Below, one piece after another: positions 37,574 to 48,173 of a stretch of 64,000 nt of DNA. A program made the translations under genes and the position numbers. The DNA is from Candidatus Woesearchaeota archaeon (GTDB lineage: Archaea > Nanobdellota > Nanobdellia > Woesearchaeales > WAPJ01), in NCBI GenBank assembly GCA_047602885.1, contig JBLKOQ010000002.1, forward strand, positions 5,464-69,463, written 5' to 3'. The notes under the pieces were generated by a model. It saw nothing but the letters and a program-made list of their open reading frames with translations, was not told the origin of the DNA and did no database searches. The stretch's first letter is position 1. Every line of letters begins with the position of its first letter.

Positions 37574-37849
37574 ATGCAAGTTGCAGTGTTGGAAAACGAT
37601 AAGAATAGGGCTGTAATAGAGATTCATGGCTCTGACCACACTGTATTGCTCGCACTAAAGGATGCTTTGGAAAATGACAAGGAAGTGGAGTTGGTAACAT
37701 ATGCTATCGACCATCCACTAGTAGGCCATCCTAAGCTAATATTGGAAACTAAGAAGAAGAAACCCCAAGAAGTACTGGTCCAGGCTATAACAAAAGTTAT
37801 TAAGGAACTGGAGTCTTTTGGGAAGGATCTTGACAAGAAGCTCAAATGA
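37574..37849 (+). CDS. rpoL: DNA-directed RNA polymerase subunit L (Rpb11 homolog)
   Basis: EIHGSDHTVLLALKDALENDKEV...HPLVGHPKLILETKK; track ORF start 37457 overlaps previous gene, trimmed. Confidence 0.65.
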   Translation: MQVAVLENDKNRAVIEIHGSDHTVLLALKDALENDKEVELVTYAIDHPLVGHPKLILETKKKKPQEVLVQAITKVIKELESFGKDLDKKLK

Positions 37850-37882
37850 TCCCGCAAACTGCGTTAGCAGGAGGGTAGTAAC

Positions 37883-38533
37883 ATGGAATACGACAAGGTT
37901 TTAGAAGCAATAAAGAAAGCTAAAGAGTCCTCTAATAAGAGGAACTTTGAGCAGAGAATAGACTTAACATTTAATTTTAAGGAGTTGGACTTAAAAAAGC
38001 CAGACCATCAGCTCGACTTCTTCATGACACTCCCTAACATTCCCGGCAAGCCTAAGAGAGTATCAGGATTCGTTGATACTGAGCTTATAGAAGAGGCAAA
38101 GAATAATCTCGAATTCTATATTACCCCTGACAAGTTCGCCCAGTATAAGGACAAGAAGGCAGCCAAGAAACTAGCAAATAGCTACGATTATTTTATAGCA
38201 CAAGCAACCCTGATGAAGGATATTGCAGCTTCATTCGGTAGGATATTAGGCTCTAGAGGCAAGATGCCAAACCCTAAGGCAGGAATGGTAGTTCCTCCAA
38301 GAACACAATTAGCACCTCTTATAGACAGGCTTAAAAAAACGGTTCATGTAAAAGTAAAAACTTCTCCCGTATTCCACAGTGCTGTCGGCTCAGAAAAACA
38401 GGCTGATGATGAGATAGCAACAAATATCATGTATGCTTATGAACAAATAGTATCTCATCTACCACAAGAATCAAAGAATATTAAGAGCGTCTATATCAAG
38501 ACTACTATGGGCTTTCCTATAAAGGTGATCTAA
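37883..38533 (+). CDS. rpl1: 50S ribosomal protein L1 (uL1)
   Basis: Full-length L1 similarity; part of the L1-L10-P1 cluster. Confidence 0.9.
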   Translation: MEYDKVLEAIKKAKESSNKRNFEQRIDLTFNFKELDLKKPDHQLDFFMTLPNIPGKPKRVSGFVDTELIEEAKNNLEFYITPDKFAQYKDKKAAKKLANSYDYFIAQATLMKDIAASFGRILGSRGKMPNPKAGMVVPPRTQLAPLIDRLKKTVHVKVKTSPVFHSAVGSEKQADDEIATNIMYAYEQIVSHLPQESKNIKSVYIKTTMGFPIKVI

Positions 38534-39382
38534 GTGGCTCACGTATCACTATCAAAAATAACAAAAGTGTCAAATATCAAAGATGTTATGAAGGATTATC
38601 CTGTCATAGGATTGCTTGATGTTGAAGGAATCCCTGCAAGCACTCTTAGGGTTATGCGTGACAAGCTAAGGAGTCATGCTAGAATCATAATGACAAAAAA
38701 AAGGTTTATGAAGATAATGTTTGAAGACTTAAAGAATGACAGGCCAGGTATAGAAGGGTTGTCAGAACATTTTAGGGGAATGCCAGCACTAATACTGACT
38801 AATGAGAATCCTTTTAGGATAGCTTCAATCCTTAGAAAGTCGAGGACTCCTGCTCATGCAAGACCAGGCCAGATAGCACCAGATGATATTATGATACCTA
38901 AGGGTCCTACAGCGTTCCCTCCAGGCCCTATAATATCAGAATTGGGAGCTATAGGACTAAAAACGGGCGTTGAAGGAGGAAAGGTTGCTGTAAAAGAAGA
39001 TTCTATAGTGGCTAAGAAAGGAGAGCCTATCAAGCGCAAGGTCGCTGAAGTCCTAACAAGACTTGACATTAAGCCCATGAGCATAGGATTAGCACTTACT
39101 GCTGCTCATGAAGCAGGAACTATATACTCTCAAGACATACTCGAAGTAGACGAGTCATACTACCATGAACAGTTGAGCGCAGCAGCATTCGAGTCTTACG
39201 CGGTAGCATTATATGCTGGGATAATAACCAGTGATACCATAATGCCACTGCTCTCCAAGGCAGCTAGAGAGTCTTTCCTACTCTCTATAGTAAGGGTTAT
39301 TCCAAGCAAGGAGAATATAGGATTCCTAGTAGCTCTTGCTAGCAGTCATGGTGAGAGTCTTGGAGGAAAAATAGTATTATAA
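38534..39382 (+). CDS. rpl10: 50S ribosomal protein L10 / acidic P0 (uL10)
   Basis: Position and length; GTG start directly after the L1 stop. Confidence 0.8.
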   Translation: MAHVSLSKITKVSNIKDVMKDYPVIGLLDVEGIPASTLRVMRDKLRSHARIIMTKKRFMKIMFEDLKNDRPGIEGLSEHFRGMPALILTNENPFRIASILRKSRTPAHARPGQIAPDDIMIPKGPTAFPPGPIISELGAIGLKTGVEGGKVAVKEDSIVAKKGEPIKRKVAEVLTRLDIKPMSIGLALTAAHEAGTIYSQDILEVDESYYHEQLSAAAFESYAVALYAGIITSDTIMPLLSKAARESFLLSIVRVIPSKENIGFLVALASSHGESLGGKIVL

Positions 39383-39399
39383 TAATGGAGGAGATAAGC

Positions 39400-39702
39400 A
39401 TGGAATATGTATATGCAGCTATGTTGCTTACAAAAGCAGGAAAAAATGTTGATGAGGCATCTTTGAAGAAGGTGCTCGAGGCAGCAGGTGTCAGTGTAGA
39501 CGAGGCAAAGGTTAAGGCAGTGGTCGCCGCTCTAGAAGGAGTGGATATTGAGGCTGCTATTAAGGAGGCAAACCAGATGACTAGTACTGCTGCTCCAGCA
39601 CAGGCTTCGGCTCCTGCACAAGAGGAGAAAAAGGAAGCTCCTAAGGAAGAGAAGAAGTCTGAAGAGGATGCTGCTGCAGGTCTAGGAGCACTATTCGGAT
39701 AA
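39400..39702 (+). CDS. rpl12: 50S ribosomal stalk protein P1 (L12e)
   Basis: [10 protein letters not shown]... Ala-rich hinge; C-terminal [13 protein letters not shown]. Confidence 0.85.
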   Translation: MEYVYAAMLLTKAGKNVDEASLKKVLEAAGVSVDEAKVKAVVAALEGVDIEAAIKEANQMTSTAAPAQASAPAQEEKKEAPKEEKKSEEDAAAGLGALFG

Positions 39703-39728
39703 AAACATTTTATTAATAAACATAATGT

Positions 39729-40622
39729 ATGCTGGTTTGGATGGCAGAGGATATCGCAGTATTAAAAGCTGAATTGGACAAGGTTAAGTCCTTAATAGAC
39801 GAGAAGAGTGCTAACAAGGAGAAGGCCTTCCAGAAGAAACAACAGCTTAAGGATGAGATGCTAAAAGCTATCGACGGCATAAAAGAACTGAAAAATAAAA
39901 GGAATGAGCTCACAGACAAGGTCAAGTCTCTAAAAAAGAACAAGATAGAGCTTATAAGAAAACAAAAGTCATTATTGGAAAGACTAAAAGTAGCCCAGGC
40001 TGCTATGAATAATACTAAATCGTTGAATAGGAAGGTTCCACCACACGTTCTATTAAAGAAGATTGAGGCATTAGAATATAGTGTGGAGACTGAAGCATTA
40101 TCTCCTGAGAAGGAAAAGCAGGTTATGACGCAGATTAAGCAGTTGCGCAAAGAGTATGATCAGGTAAAAGATATTAGTGAGCATACTAAAGGATATTCTG
40201 AACTCAGAAAGGATTTTTCTGCTATCAACAAAGAGATTAACTCCTTAAAAAAAGTGGTTCAGGATGATGCTCATAAGAGCCAGGAATTCCATGAGCAGAT
40301 GATAACAGAGTCAACAAAGGTTGAAGAACTAAAAGCTAAGCTTGAAGAGGCAGAAAAAGAGTATGAGGAGAGGCGCAAAGAGTATCTTGAAACAGCAGAC
40401 CAGTACAGGCAGGTTAGGGCAAAGCTCGGCATAGCCATTCCTGAAAAGAAGATGGCCGAAAAGAAGAAGAGAGAAGAGGAAGAGACTCATAGGCGCACTG
40501 AAGAGAAAAAAGAGATAGCATCGCTTAGAGCAGAAGTTCTAGAAAAGATTAAGACCAAACAAAAGCTTACTACTGATGATTTGAGGATACTGCAGAGCAG
40601 TGATCCTGAAGAAGACAACTAA
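39729..40622 (+). CDS. coiled-coil protein, function unknown
   Basis: About 300 aa almost entirely heptad-repeat K/E-rich. Confidence 0.4.
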   Translation: MLVWMAEDIAVLKAELDKVKSLIDEKSANKEKAFQKKQQLKDEMLKAIDGIKELKNKRNELTDKVKSLKKNKIELIRKQKSLLERLKVAQAAMNNTKSLNRKVPPHVLLKKIEALEYSVETEALSPEKEKQVMTQIKQLRKEYDQVKDISEHTKGYSELRKDFSAINKEINSLKKVVQDDAHKSQEFHEQMITESTKVEELKAKLEEAEKEYEERRKEYLETADQYRQVRAKLGIAIPEKKMAEKKKREEEETHRRTEEKKEIASLRAEVLEKIKTKQKLTTDDLRILQSSDPEEDN

Positions 40623-40661
40623 TACAATTGTTTTATATAATGATTATTATAACTTATTTTG

Positions 40662-41645
40662 ATGTCCAAGCGTATTACTCTTATAGGCGGCGGCACAGGT
40701 TCTTTTACTCTTCTTACAGGCCTAAAACTCTATCCTGACTTAGAATTAGGCGCTATCGTTGCTATGAGCGATGATGGGGGCAGTACAGGCATACTAAGAG
40801 ACGAGTATGGTATTCTTCCTCCCGGGGATATTAGGCAGTGTCTAGTCGCATTATCTGAATCTGAGAGTATATGGAGGGATTTATTCGCATACAGGTTTAA
40901 TGAGGGAAGTCTTGAAGGACAGAGTTTTGGGAACATGTTCATAGGCACTCTAGAAAAGATTACAGGAGATTTTGAGAAGGCATTATCATTAGCCGGAGAA
41001 TTATTGAAGATTAAAGGAACGGTAATACCTGTAACTCTGGACAATGTCAGGCTTGAAGGCATAGGAGTTAATGGTAATTTAGTGGTAGGAGAGAAGACTA
41101 TAGACACTAAGAAAGAGAAGATAACCAATATTCGTTTGGTTCCTGAAGCATATGCTAATCCTCGCGCTATTAAGAGGATACTAGAGAGTGATGCTATTAT
41201 AATCGCTCCTGGAGACTTGTATACGAGCATACTGCCCAACCTTGCAGTCAACGGCATTTGTGACGCTATTAGAAATACTGGTGCGATTAAGATACTGGTG
41301 GTTAATCTTATGTGCCATAAGAATCATACTGACCATCTTAGTGTAGCAGGGTATGTTAGTCTTATGGAAAAATATCTTGGCAAGGAAACTTTTGATTATG
41401 TCTTGTACAATAATGTGCTTCCAACATCAGAGTTCATGTCATATTATAGCATGGGAGGAGAGCTGCCTGTATCTTGGGAAGAGGATACTTTTTTAGAATG
41501 GAAAAAGACAATGTTTATAGGCCACAGTCTTATTAGTCAGAGGATTCCTAAGAGGGTTGAAGGCGACAGGATAATAAGAGGATTAATAAGGCATGATCCT
41601 ATGAGAACCGCAGCATTATTGTATAGTCTTATGGTAAAGAAATAG
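40662..41645 (+). CDS. CofD/YvcK (UPF0052) family protein
   Basis: ITLIGGGTGSFTLLTGL...AIVAMSDDGGSTGILR. Confidence 0.7.
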   Translation: MSKRITLIGGGTGSFTLLTGLKLYPDLELGAIVAMSDDGGSTGILRDEYGILPPGDIRQCLVALSESESIWRDLFAYRFNEGSLEGQSFGNMFIGTLEKITGDFEKALSLAGELLKIKGTVIPVTLDNVRLEGIGVNGNLVVGEKTIDTKKEKITNIRLVPEAYANPRAIKRILESDAIIIAPGDLYTSILPNLAVNGICDAIRNTGAIKILVVNLMCHKNHTDHLSVAGYVSLMEKYLGKETFDYVLYNNVLPTSEFMSYYSMGGELPVSWEEDTFLEWKKTMFIGHSLISQRIPKRVEGDRIIRGLIRHDPMRTAALLYSLMVKK

Positions 41646-41652
41646 TTTTTTG

Positions 41653-41856
41653 CTATGCTTTTTCCATGTAAGAGCATTTCCCGCACGTAAGCCGTTCTTT
41701 ATGCTTGGCCAGGAATACTCCGTCGCCACATTTTGGACATGGCCTATTCTTCTTTTCTAATGATTCTCCGGTAACATTATAGTATGAGTATGCCTTGATG
41801 CTTTTCTTCGGTTTTTTTTTGGAGTCTTGTTCTTTTTTGCCATTATGCTCCCTCAA
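41653..41856 (-). CDS. rps27ae: 30S ribosomal protein S27ae
   Basis: [22 protein letters not shown] zinc ribbon. Confidence 0.85.
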   Translation of the reverse strand: MREHNGKKEQDSKKKPKKSIKAYSYYNVTGESLEKKNRPCPKCGDGVFLAKHKERLTCGKCSYMEKA

Positions 41857-42160
41857 CGCTCTTCTCTTCTTCTTTTTTTGGCATAGTCTTTAGAGTCCTT
41901 TTGGCATAATAGGCCGGCTCATTGGCTGACAATGCATTGCTATTATCATATATGAACAGTTCAACTCTTGCCTTTTGCGCCCCATAACTAGCCCTTATCA
42001 TCCTTACAGACACCTGATCTTCTTTTGATTCTGTCTTTTTTGCTATGGCCATTGTAACTTCATGTCTACTAGGCACTTTTCCTTGAAAGACTATGCTTAT
42101 GACAAGTCTCTTCCTATTGTATATCGGCTGTTCTTCAGTTTCTATTATTTCTACCTGCAT
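41843..42160 (-). CDS. rps24e: 30S ribosomal protein S24e
   Basis: [21 protein letters not shown]... Confidence 0.85.
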   Translation of the reverse strand: MQVEIIETEEQPIYNRKRLVISIVFQGKVPSRHEVTMAIAKKTESKEDQVSVRMIRASYGAQKARVELFIYDNSNALSANEPAYYAKRTLKTMPKKEEEKSVEGA

Positions 42161-42181
42161 TATTATCTCCTTCCTATCATA

Positions 42182-42373
42182 TTATCTTACTTTTAGAGCG
42201 TATTCGCCTGGTGCTGTAATGCCTAGTTCTTTTGCTATAGGACTCCTCACAGGGTCATTTACGACTATCCTGCCCTGCCACGAATTGCTAAACTGATTGC
42301 CTTTGCATACAGGACAAGTCTCTCCTTCCACTATAAGATTGCATTTCCTGCACGCCTTTTTTTTCTGTGCCAT
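42182..42373 (-). CDS. spt4: transcription elongation factor Spt4
   Basis: CRKCNLIVEGETCPVCKGNQFSNSWQGRIVVNDPVRSPIAKELGI. Confidence 0.75.
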   Translation of the reverse strand: MAQKKKACRKCNLIVEGETCPVCKGNQFSNSWQGRIVVNDPVRSPIAKELGITAPGEYALKVR

Positions 42374-42386
42374 TAGTTATTCACCA

Positions 42387-42953
42387 TTATTGTTTCTTAA
42401 CAGTCTTTTTGGGCTTTTCTTTTAGGTCCTCTTCTATCCATTCTGTTTTTCCTAGGCCTGGCTGTCTCATCGTTAGTCCTATTCTTGGATTAGTAATATC
42501 TTTGTATGATATTGCAACTATTCTAGCCCTGCACAAGTCTCCTATCTTCAATACTTTCTTTGTTGCCTTGCCCGACAATACCTTTTCTGAGCTGAATGAT
42601 ACAAAGTCATCCATGGTCTGGCTTATGTGTATCATACCGTCTATAGATCCTAAATCAAGAAATGCTCCGAAATCAGCTATGTCTTTAATGCTACAATATA
42701 CTACTTCGCCCACTTCAGGCTTGTATGTAAGCAAGCTGAATTGTAGCTGGTAGTATGCTGCTCCGTCACCCGGGACTACTATGCCTTCGCCCATATCATA
42801 GACTTCTATTACATCTATTACTATTCCTATATCCCTGCTAATGAATCCTTCATACTTCTTCTTGATGGATGATATTACTGCTTCTTCTATGTCCCTTGAG
42901 AACTCTTCTGGAGGTACTCTTACCATGTCCTTGACTGTTATGTTCTTGTACAT
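42387..42953 (-). CDS. rpoE: DNA-directed RNA polymerase subunit E' (Rpb7 homolog)
   Basis: N-terminal RNP-like domain plus S1 domain; conserved neighbourhood with spt4. Confidence 0.85.
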   Translation of the reverse strand: MYKNITVKDMVRVPPEEFSRDIEEAVISSIKKKYEGFISRDIGIVIDVIEVYDMGEGIVVPGDGAAYYQLQFSLLTYKPEVGEVVYCSIKDIADFGAFLDLGSIDGMIHISQTMDDFVSFSSEKVLSGKATKKVLKIGDLCRARIVAISYKDITNPRIGLTMRQPGLGKTEWIEEDLKEKPKKTVKKQ

Positions 42954-43349
42954 CTAATCACCAATAACTCCTCTCTTCTTGTATGTTATTGTGCCTACTC
43001 CTATGCTTTTTGCCTTTCTTTTAAGCTCTTTGTCCTGAGTGAGTATCACAGCATCCATTCCCATGGCCTTTCTTATAAGCATATCGTCTACAGAGAGCTC
43101 TTGACTAGGGGGCTCAACAATCCTTTTTAAACGTTTTTGTTCTATTAAGCCTACTATTATGCCTAGACTTGTTCTCGCATTATTGGCTGTAATGCTGTTT
43201 CCTTTAGTCTTACCAGTCAATTCTTCTATTACACTACTCGTAATATAATATTCTTTCTTCTCATCATTATACTCTTCTAAAGCGCTTATGATATCTTTTT
43301 TCTTGGATACCATGAGTAATATCGATGAAGTATCTAGCAGTATTCTCAT
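42954..43349 (-). CDS. PIN-domain protein
   Basis: MRILLDTSSILL... acidic residues of PIN fold; conserved position upstream of rpoE in archaea. Confidence 0.6.
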   Translation of the reverse strand: MRILLDTSSILLMVSKKKDIISALEEYNDEKKEYYITSSVIEELTGKTKGNSITANNARTSLGIIVGLIEQKRLKRIVEPPSQELSVDDMLIRKAMGMDAVILTQDKELKRKAKSIGVGTITYKKRGVIGD

Positions 43350-43377
43350 TATTGTGCAGTACTGCACAAGATTTATA

Positions 43378-44103
43378 ATGGTTATGCTCTTTGCTCTGTT
43401 TATGGATGCTGAAAGGGAAATAGTAAAATTCTATTATAGCATGCTAAAACAACCCTATATTTCTGAGATTAATGCTGGTAAGAGGATAGTTGATTTCGTA
43501 TTGTTCGAGAAATCGAAACTAATACAGGTTGAGGTCTCATGCTCTCTTACCAAAAAGAGCTCTTATGAGGATGTTGATTATCTTAAGAGCAGGTTTGAGG
43601 ATGCTTCGGTTATTAGGATGATGAATAGCATATGCAGTATTCACAATCTTTCGTCTTATGAGAAGAGGTTTATTACAAGCCTGTCTAATGTCTCTTTGGA
43701 AGACGTTGATGTGGTGCCTTTTGATGATATCCTATTAGAGGTTCTCAGACTTTTGGATACACAGCATTATTCTGACGGTACTATTAGGGGATTGCAGATT
43801 ATTAGGCATTTATTGTTACAGGATCCTGCCATAATATCAAGGCTTTATGATACCAATATCTTAAGAAAGAAGCATATTAGGAATATTATAGGCATTATAC
43901 TCGATAATAATGATATTATTAGGGAATTATCGTCTAAAAACAAGACTATAATAATGAATTCCCTGCTTGACGGTAATGATGACATAATTATTGGTTCTAT
44001 GAGCAAGCAGAGAATGGTAAAGCTTATACAATTATTGTCAGATGATGCTAGTGCTCGTAAGATTATGAGAGAATCCCTCACTCGGCAGCAAAAACTATCA
44101 TAG
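43378..44103 (+). CDS. hypothetical protein
   Basis: ORF only; start chosen to avoid overlap with the divergent PIN gene. Confidence 0.35.
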   Translation: MVMLFALFMDAEREIVKFYYSMLKQPYISEINAGKRIVDFVLFEKSKLIQVEVSCSLTKKSSYEDVDYLKSRFEDASVIRMMNSICSIHNLSSYEKRFITSLSNVSLEDVDVVPFDDILLEVLRLLDTQHYSDGTIRGLQIIRHLLLQDPAIISRLYDTNILRKKHIRNIIGIILDNNDIIRELSSKNKTIIMNSLLDGNDDIIIGSMSKQRMVKLIQLLSDDASARKIMRESLTRQQKLS

Positions 44104-44158
44104 TTTATAAGCGCTATAAACACAACTTTTTTTAATGACCTCTTCTTTTACAATATGA

Positions 44159-44626
44159 ATGTCGCTGTTGAAAGAGATTAGGGATGACGGTTTAAAGGCT
44201 GTTGGGAAGAGTGATGCTTATCTTACAAGCTTCTATTGTCATATTGACTCTGACAATAATCATTCTGAATGGATTGTCCATTATTATGATCAGATTAATG
44301 ATATGATGTACTCTTATAATGCTAATACTAAGAGTGTCCAGGGTCCTCTGGAGGTTTTTAAGGAACAGGATTTTGTGCCTGAACTTGACTTGGATGAAGT
44401 CAATTGCGAACTGGATGATGCTCTTGAGACTGCCAGGGAAGCCGCGCTGCCTGTTAAGGATTATAAGAAGATCGTAGTAGTATTGCAGACTATAGAAGAA
44501 TTTCCAGTATGGAACATTACATTATTGTCATCCTCGTTGCAGGCTCTTAATGTAAGGATAGATGCTAGACATGGTGACCTGATTAGGAAGGAGCCTATAG
44601 AGCTCTTCGAATTCAAGAGCGATTAG
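44159..44626 (+). CDS. hypothetical protein
   Basis: ORF only. Confidence 0.35.
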   Translation: MSLLKEIRDDGLKAVGKSDAYLTSFYCHIDSDNNHSEWIVHYYDQINDMMYSYNANTKSVQGPLEVFKEQDFVPELDLDEVNCELDDALETAREAALPVKDYKKIVVVLQTIEEFPVWNITLLSSSLQALNVRIDARHGDLIRKEPIELFEFKSD

Positions 44627-44628
44627 TC

Positions 44629-46251
44629 TTATTGTCTGAAGGGCATCTCGTTCATGTCAGGCTCTTTCTTTTGCCCTGTAGGAGCGGATGATATAACATC
44701 ATCAATCCTCAGTATCATAGTGCTTACTTCAGTGCTAGCGCTCAGCGCTCTCGTCTTTACAGATAATGGCTCTATTATTCCTGCCTTATACGCGTCATGA
44801 CATTCTCCATTGTCAACGTTAAGTCCATGATTGATAAGTCCTTTTTCATGAGCGCTCCTAAGCTCAGTGATAACGTCTATAGGGTCTAAGCCGCAGTTCT
44901 CTGCCAGTGTCTTTGGTATTATCTCCATAGCCTTTGCATATGCGAGTATGGCTAACTGTTCTCTTCCAGTATAACTGTCTGCCAACCTCCTTAAGTCTTT
45001 TGCGACTTCTGATTCTGAAGCTCCTGCTCCTGACACTATCCTCCCGTTCTTTAGTGCGCTTGAGAGGTCTCCTAGGGCATCGTCTACAGCTCTTTTGACC
45101 TCTCCTAAAACATGCTCTGTACTGGCTCTTAGTAGTATTGTTACGGCTTTAGGATTCTCACAATCCCTAATGAATAGCATCCTCTCCTCTCCTACCTGTT
45201 CTTCTACTACGCTTCCTGCGCTTCCTAAATCGCGTGGGTTCATGTCCTCTAGGTTGCTTATTATACGTGCTCCTACTGCTTTTCCTATCTTTTCCAGGTC
45301 AGACTTTGAAACTCTCCTTACTGCGAGTATTCCTTTCTTTGCAAGATAGTGTTGCGCTACATCATCGATTCCCTTCTGGCACAATAATACTGTTGCGCCT
45401 GCATTGGATATCTTTTCTACCATCCCTTTTAGCATTCTCTCTTCCATGTCTAGGAATGCCTGTACTTGACCAGGGTCTGTTATGCTTATCTTAGCATCCA
45501 TTTCAGTATTTTTTATCTCTATAGGAATGTCTACTAGTGCTATTTTTGCATTGACTATTTTTAAAGGCATGCTCGGATGCACCCTCTCCTTGTCCAATAC
45601 TATGCCTCTTATCATTTCTGAATTGCTTATGTCGCCTCCTGACTTCTCTTCTATTTTGATATACTCTATAGGAACAGTCCTATTGCTAGAGTCATATACT
45701 GACTGGCTTGCCTGGACTGCAAGATTGGATAAGTGCATGCGAGCACTCTCAGAACCTTTGCCTGTCATGGCAGTGCTCGCTATTTGTACTAATAGTTCTG
45801 TATCCTGTACCATTATTGGCTTGGCCATTTTAGACAGTGTTTCTAGCGCCTTGTCTAATGCTATCCTATATCCCTTTGCTATGATGGTAGGATGAATGTT
45901 CTGGTCCAATAGGTCTTCAGCCTCGTCCAATAGCGTTCCTGCCAGTACTACTGCAGTAGTGGTTCCATCCCCCACCTCATGTTCCTGGCTCTTTGCTATT
46001 TCAACAATCATTTTAGCAGCGGGATGCTCTACATTCATCTCTCTTAGTATGGTAACACCGTCATTAGTGACTATTATGTCTCCTATAGAATCGACGATCA
46101 TCTTGTCCATTCCTTTAGGTCCTAGCGTTGTACGTACTGCTTCTGAGACTGCTTTTGCTGCTGCAATATTGGCATTCTGGGCTGGTCTTCCCTGAGTCCT
46201 CTGAGTGCCTTCAGATAATATGAATATTGGCTGTATCGGATTGTTGTTCAT
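44629..46251 (-). CDS. thsA: thermosome subunit (group II chaperonin)
   Basis: GPKGMDKM...VGDGTTT...; full-length chaperonin. Confidence 0.9.
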   Translation of the reverse strand: MNNNPIQPIFILSEGTQRTQGRPAQNANIAAAKAVSEAVRTTLGPKGMDKMIVDSIGDIIVTNDGVTILREMNVEHPAAKMIVEIAKSQEHEVGDGTTTAVVLAGTLLDEAEDLLDQNIHPTIIAKGYRIALDKALETLSKMAKPIMVQDTELLVQIASTAMTGKGSESARMHLSNLAVQASQSVYDSSNRTVPIEYIKIEEKSGGDISNSEMIRGIVLDKERVHPSMPLKIVNAKIALVDIPIEIKNTEMDAKISITDPGQVQAFLDMEERMLKGMVEKISNAGATVLLCQKGIDDVAQHYLAKKGILAVRRVSKSDLEKIGKAVGARIISNLEDMNPRDLGSAGSVVEEQVGEERMLFIRDCENPKAVTILLRASTEHVLGEVKRAVDDALGDLSSALKNGRIVSGAGASESEVAKDLRRLADSYTGREQLAILAYAKAMEIIPKTLAENCGLDPIDVITELRSAHEKGLINHGLNVDNGECHDAYKAGIIEPLSVKTRALSASTEVSTMILRIDDVISSAPTGQKKEPDMNEMPFRQ

Positions 46252-46369
46252 TCTTATTCCTCCATTCCACTAATTATGGCGTATTCAGGGTCTGTATCTT
46301 ATTATAAAAGCATTGCGCCTCCATAACACTTTTATACTAGTATGATTCATTACTGTTGGGGTGGATGTT

Positions 46370-46696
46370 ATGCCTATCAATATGGATGACAACAATAATA
46401 TTAATGCACATTTGGAATTGTCTGGGTTTAAAAGCGTGGACAGTGCTTCCATGCTTATGGTCAGGAGAGTAGTCGATGGAAGCGTTAAGAAGTTTATGGA
46501 GAACGTTAATGATTTTGAAAGGTTAAGGGTTACTCTTAAGGAGATTCATGGGACGGAAAAATCGGTTAAATACCAGGTTACAGCCAATCTTATAGTAGGG
46601 AAGAATGTTGAGAGTGTTGAGACTGTGGACAGGAACTTATTGTTCGCTCTTGATTCTGCCATGAAGAAGCTCGAGGCGATAGCAGGAAAACTATAA
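46370..46696 (+). CDS. HPF/RaiA-like (ribosome hibernation factor fold) protein
   Basis: ...VKYQVTANLIVGKNVESVETVDRNLLFALDSAMKKLEAIAGKL resembles the HPF C-terminal beta-alpha (AeaE.DmYaAID...KLerQl). Confidence 0.4.
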   Translation: MPINMDDNNNINAHLELSGFKSVDSASMLMVRRVVDGSVKKFMENVNDFERLRVTLKEIHGTEKSVKYQVTANLIVGKNVESVETVDRNLLFALDSAMKKLEAIAGKL

Positions 46697-46723
46697 CCTT
46701 TTCTGTTAGATAATACATGAAAA

Positions 46724-46819
46724 AGTGTGCTATGCGCCACCCCGAAGGGGGCATCCCCCGGCACATCAGCGTCAAGCGTTAAATTACATTAACGCTCCAG
46801 CTGACGGCTGTCGCACACT
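46724..46819 (+). repeat. 96-nt palindromic structured element, copy 2 (family A)
   Basis: See copy 1; here terminal inverted repeat extends to 12 bp (GAAAAAGTGTGC/GCACACTTTTTC). Confidence 0.6.
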
Positions 46820-46877
46820 TTTTCTACGAGTATACGCTGACCAATATCTTTATTATATCCTGGTTAATTCACCAGCC

Positions 46878-48173
46878 ATGAGGATTGCTATAGAGTCTTA
46901 TGGTTGTAGTGCCAATATGAATGATGCTGAAATTATGAAAGGCATGTTAGAGGATGAACATACTATATCAGATAATGCTAATCTTGTTATAGTCAACAGT
47001 TGTACTGTCAAGGGCCCTACAGAAAAGAAGATATTAAAGAGTATTAAGAGTCATCTTGATAATGACAAAAGAGTAATAGTTACTGGGTGCATGGCAGAAT
47101 CCCAGCATGAGATGCTATTATCATGGTTTCCTCAGATTAGTATTATAGGACCTGACCATATTGACAGTATTGATGAGCATTTGTATAAGAGCAATAATAC
47201 TGTAATAATAGGGAAGAGGTTCCTTGATAAGCCTAGCTTAAAGCAAAAATCAGGTAATGTCGTAAGTGGCATTATACAGATATCGAGGGGTTGTGATAGT
47301 GCATGCTCTTATTGTATTACTAAGGCGGCTAAAGGCCATATACTAAGCTATCCGATGCAAAGCATTGTTGAGAGGGCTGGAATGTTGATTGATGAGGGAA
47401 AAAAAGAGTTGTGGATTGCAAGCCAGGACAATACTGCTTATGGCATTGACTCTTATAGTATGCCTATGCTGCCCAATCTTCTGAAAAGAATATTGAGGAT
47501 TGAAGGCGACTTTATGATTAGGAATGGGATGGGAAACCCCCATAATCTGTTATTCTGTATTGACAGTCTAATAGATGTATATAAGCATCCTAAGATGTAC
47601 AAGTTCTTGCATATTCCTCTACAGTCAGGCTCACAAAAAATTATTGATAATATGAGAAGAAGACATACTATAGAAGACCACAAATACATAATATCGCGCT
47701 TCAGAAATGCCATTCCTAATATTACTATAGCCACTGATATAATATACGGTTATCCTGGAGAGACTGACGATGATTTTATGATGACTCTTAGCATACTAGA
47801 AGAAATGAATTTTGATATAGTGAATATTAGCAGGTTCTGGCCTAGGCCAGGAACAAGTGCTAGCAGGCTTGATATGCTACCATCTCATATATTGAGCGAT
47901 AGGGGATCTAAGATTACCAGGTTGTTTAGGAAGCTTTCGCTAAAGAAAAATAGTGCTTGGATTGGATGGAGAGGACCTATATTATTATGCGAGAAAGGAA
48001 AGCACAATAGTATGGTTGGCAGGAACGAGTACTATAAGCATATAGTATTGTCATCGGAAGAAATTACGAGGAATAATAATGAAATTTTTATTGGTGATAA
48101 AGTCATGGTAGAGATTATAGGATGTGATACTTTTCATTTGAAAGCAAAAATAATAGGTGGTTATAATGACTAA
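46878..48173 (+). CDS. radical-SAM methylthiotransferase (MiaB/CDKAL1-like)
   Basis: MRIAIESYGCSAN... (MTTase N domain), CDSACSYC radical SAM motif, TRAM. Track ORF start 46725 runs across the repeat, trimmed. Confidence 0.8.
   Translation: MRIAIESYGCSANMNDAEIMKGMLEDEHTISDNANLVIVNSCTVKGPTEKKILKSIKSHLDNDKRVIVTGCMAESQHEMLLSWFPQISIIGPDHIDSIDEHLYKSNNTVIIGKRFLDKPSLKQKSGNVVSGIIQISRGCDSACSYCITKAAKGHILSYPMQSIVERAGMLIDEGKKELWIASQDNTAYGIDSYSMPMLPNLLKRILRIEGDFMIRNGMGNPHNLLFCIDSLIDVYKHPKMYKFLHIPLQSGSQKIIDNMRRRHTIEDHKYIISRFRNAIPNITIATDIIYGYPGETDDDFMMTLSILEEMNFDIVNISRFWPRPGTSASRLDMLPSHILSDRGSKITRLFRKLSLKKNSAWIGWRGPILLCEKGKHNSMVGRNEYYKHIVLSSEEITRNNNEIFIGDKVMVEIIGCDTFHLKAKIIGGYND

Noticed and set aside
46725-46877. 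51-aa N-terminal extension of the MiaB-like ORF (MCYAPPRRGHPPAHQ...)
   Set aside because: It is translated from the family A element. The MTTase domain begins with MRIAIESYGC at 46878.
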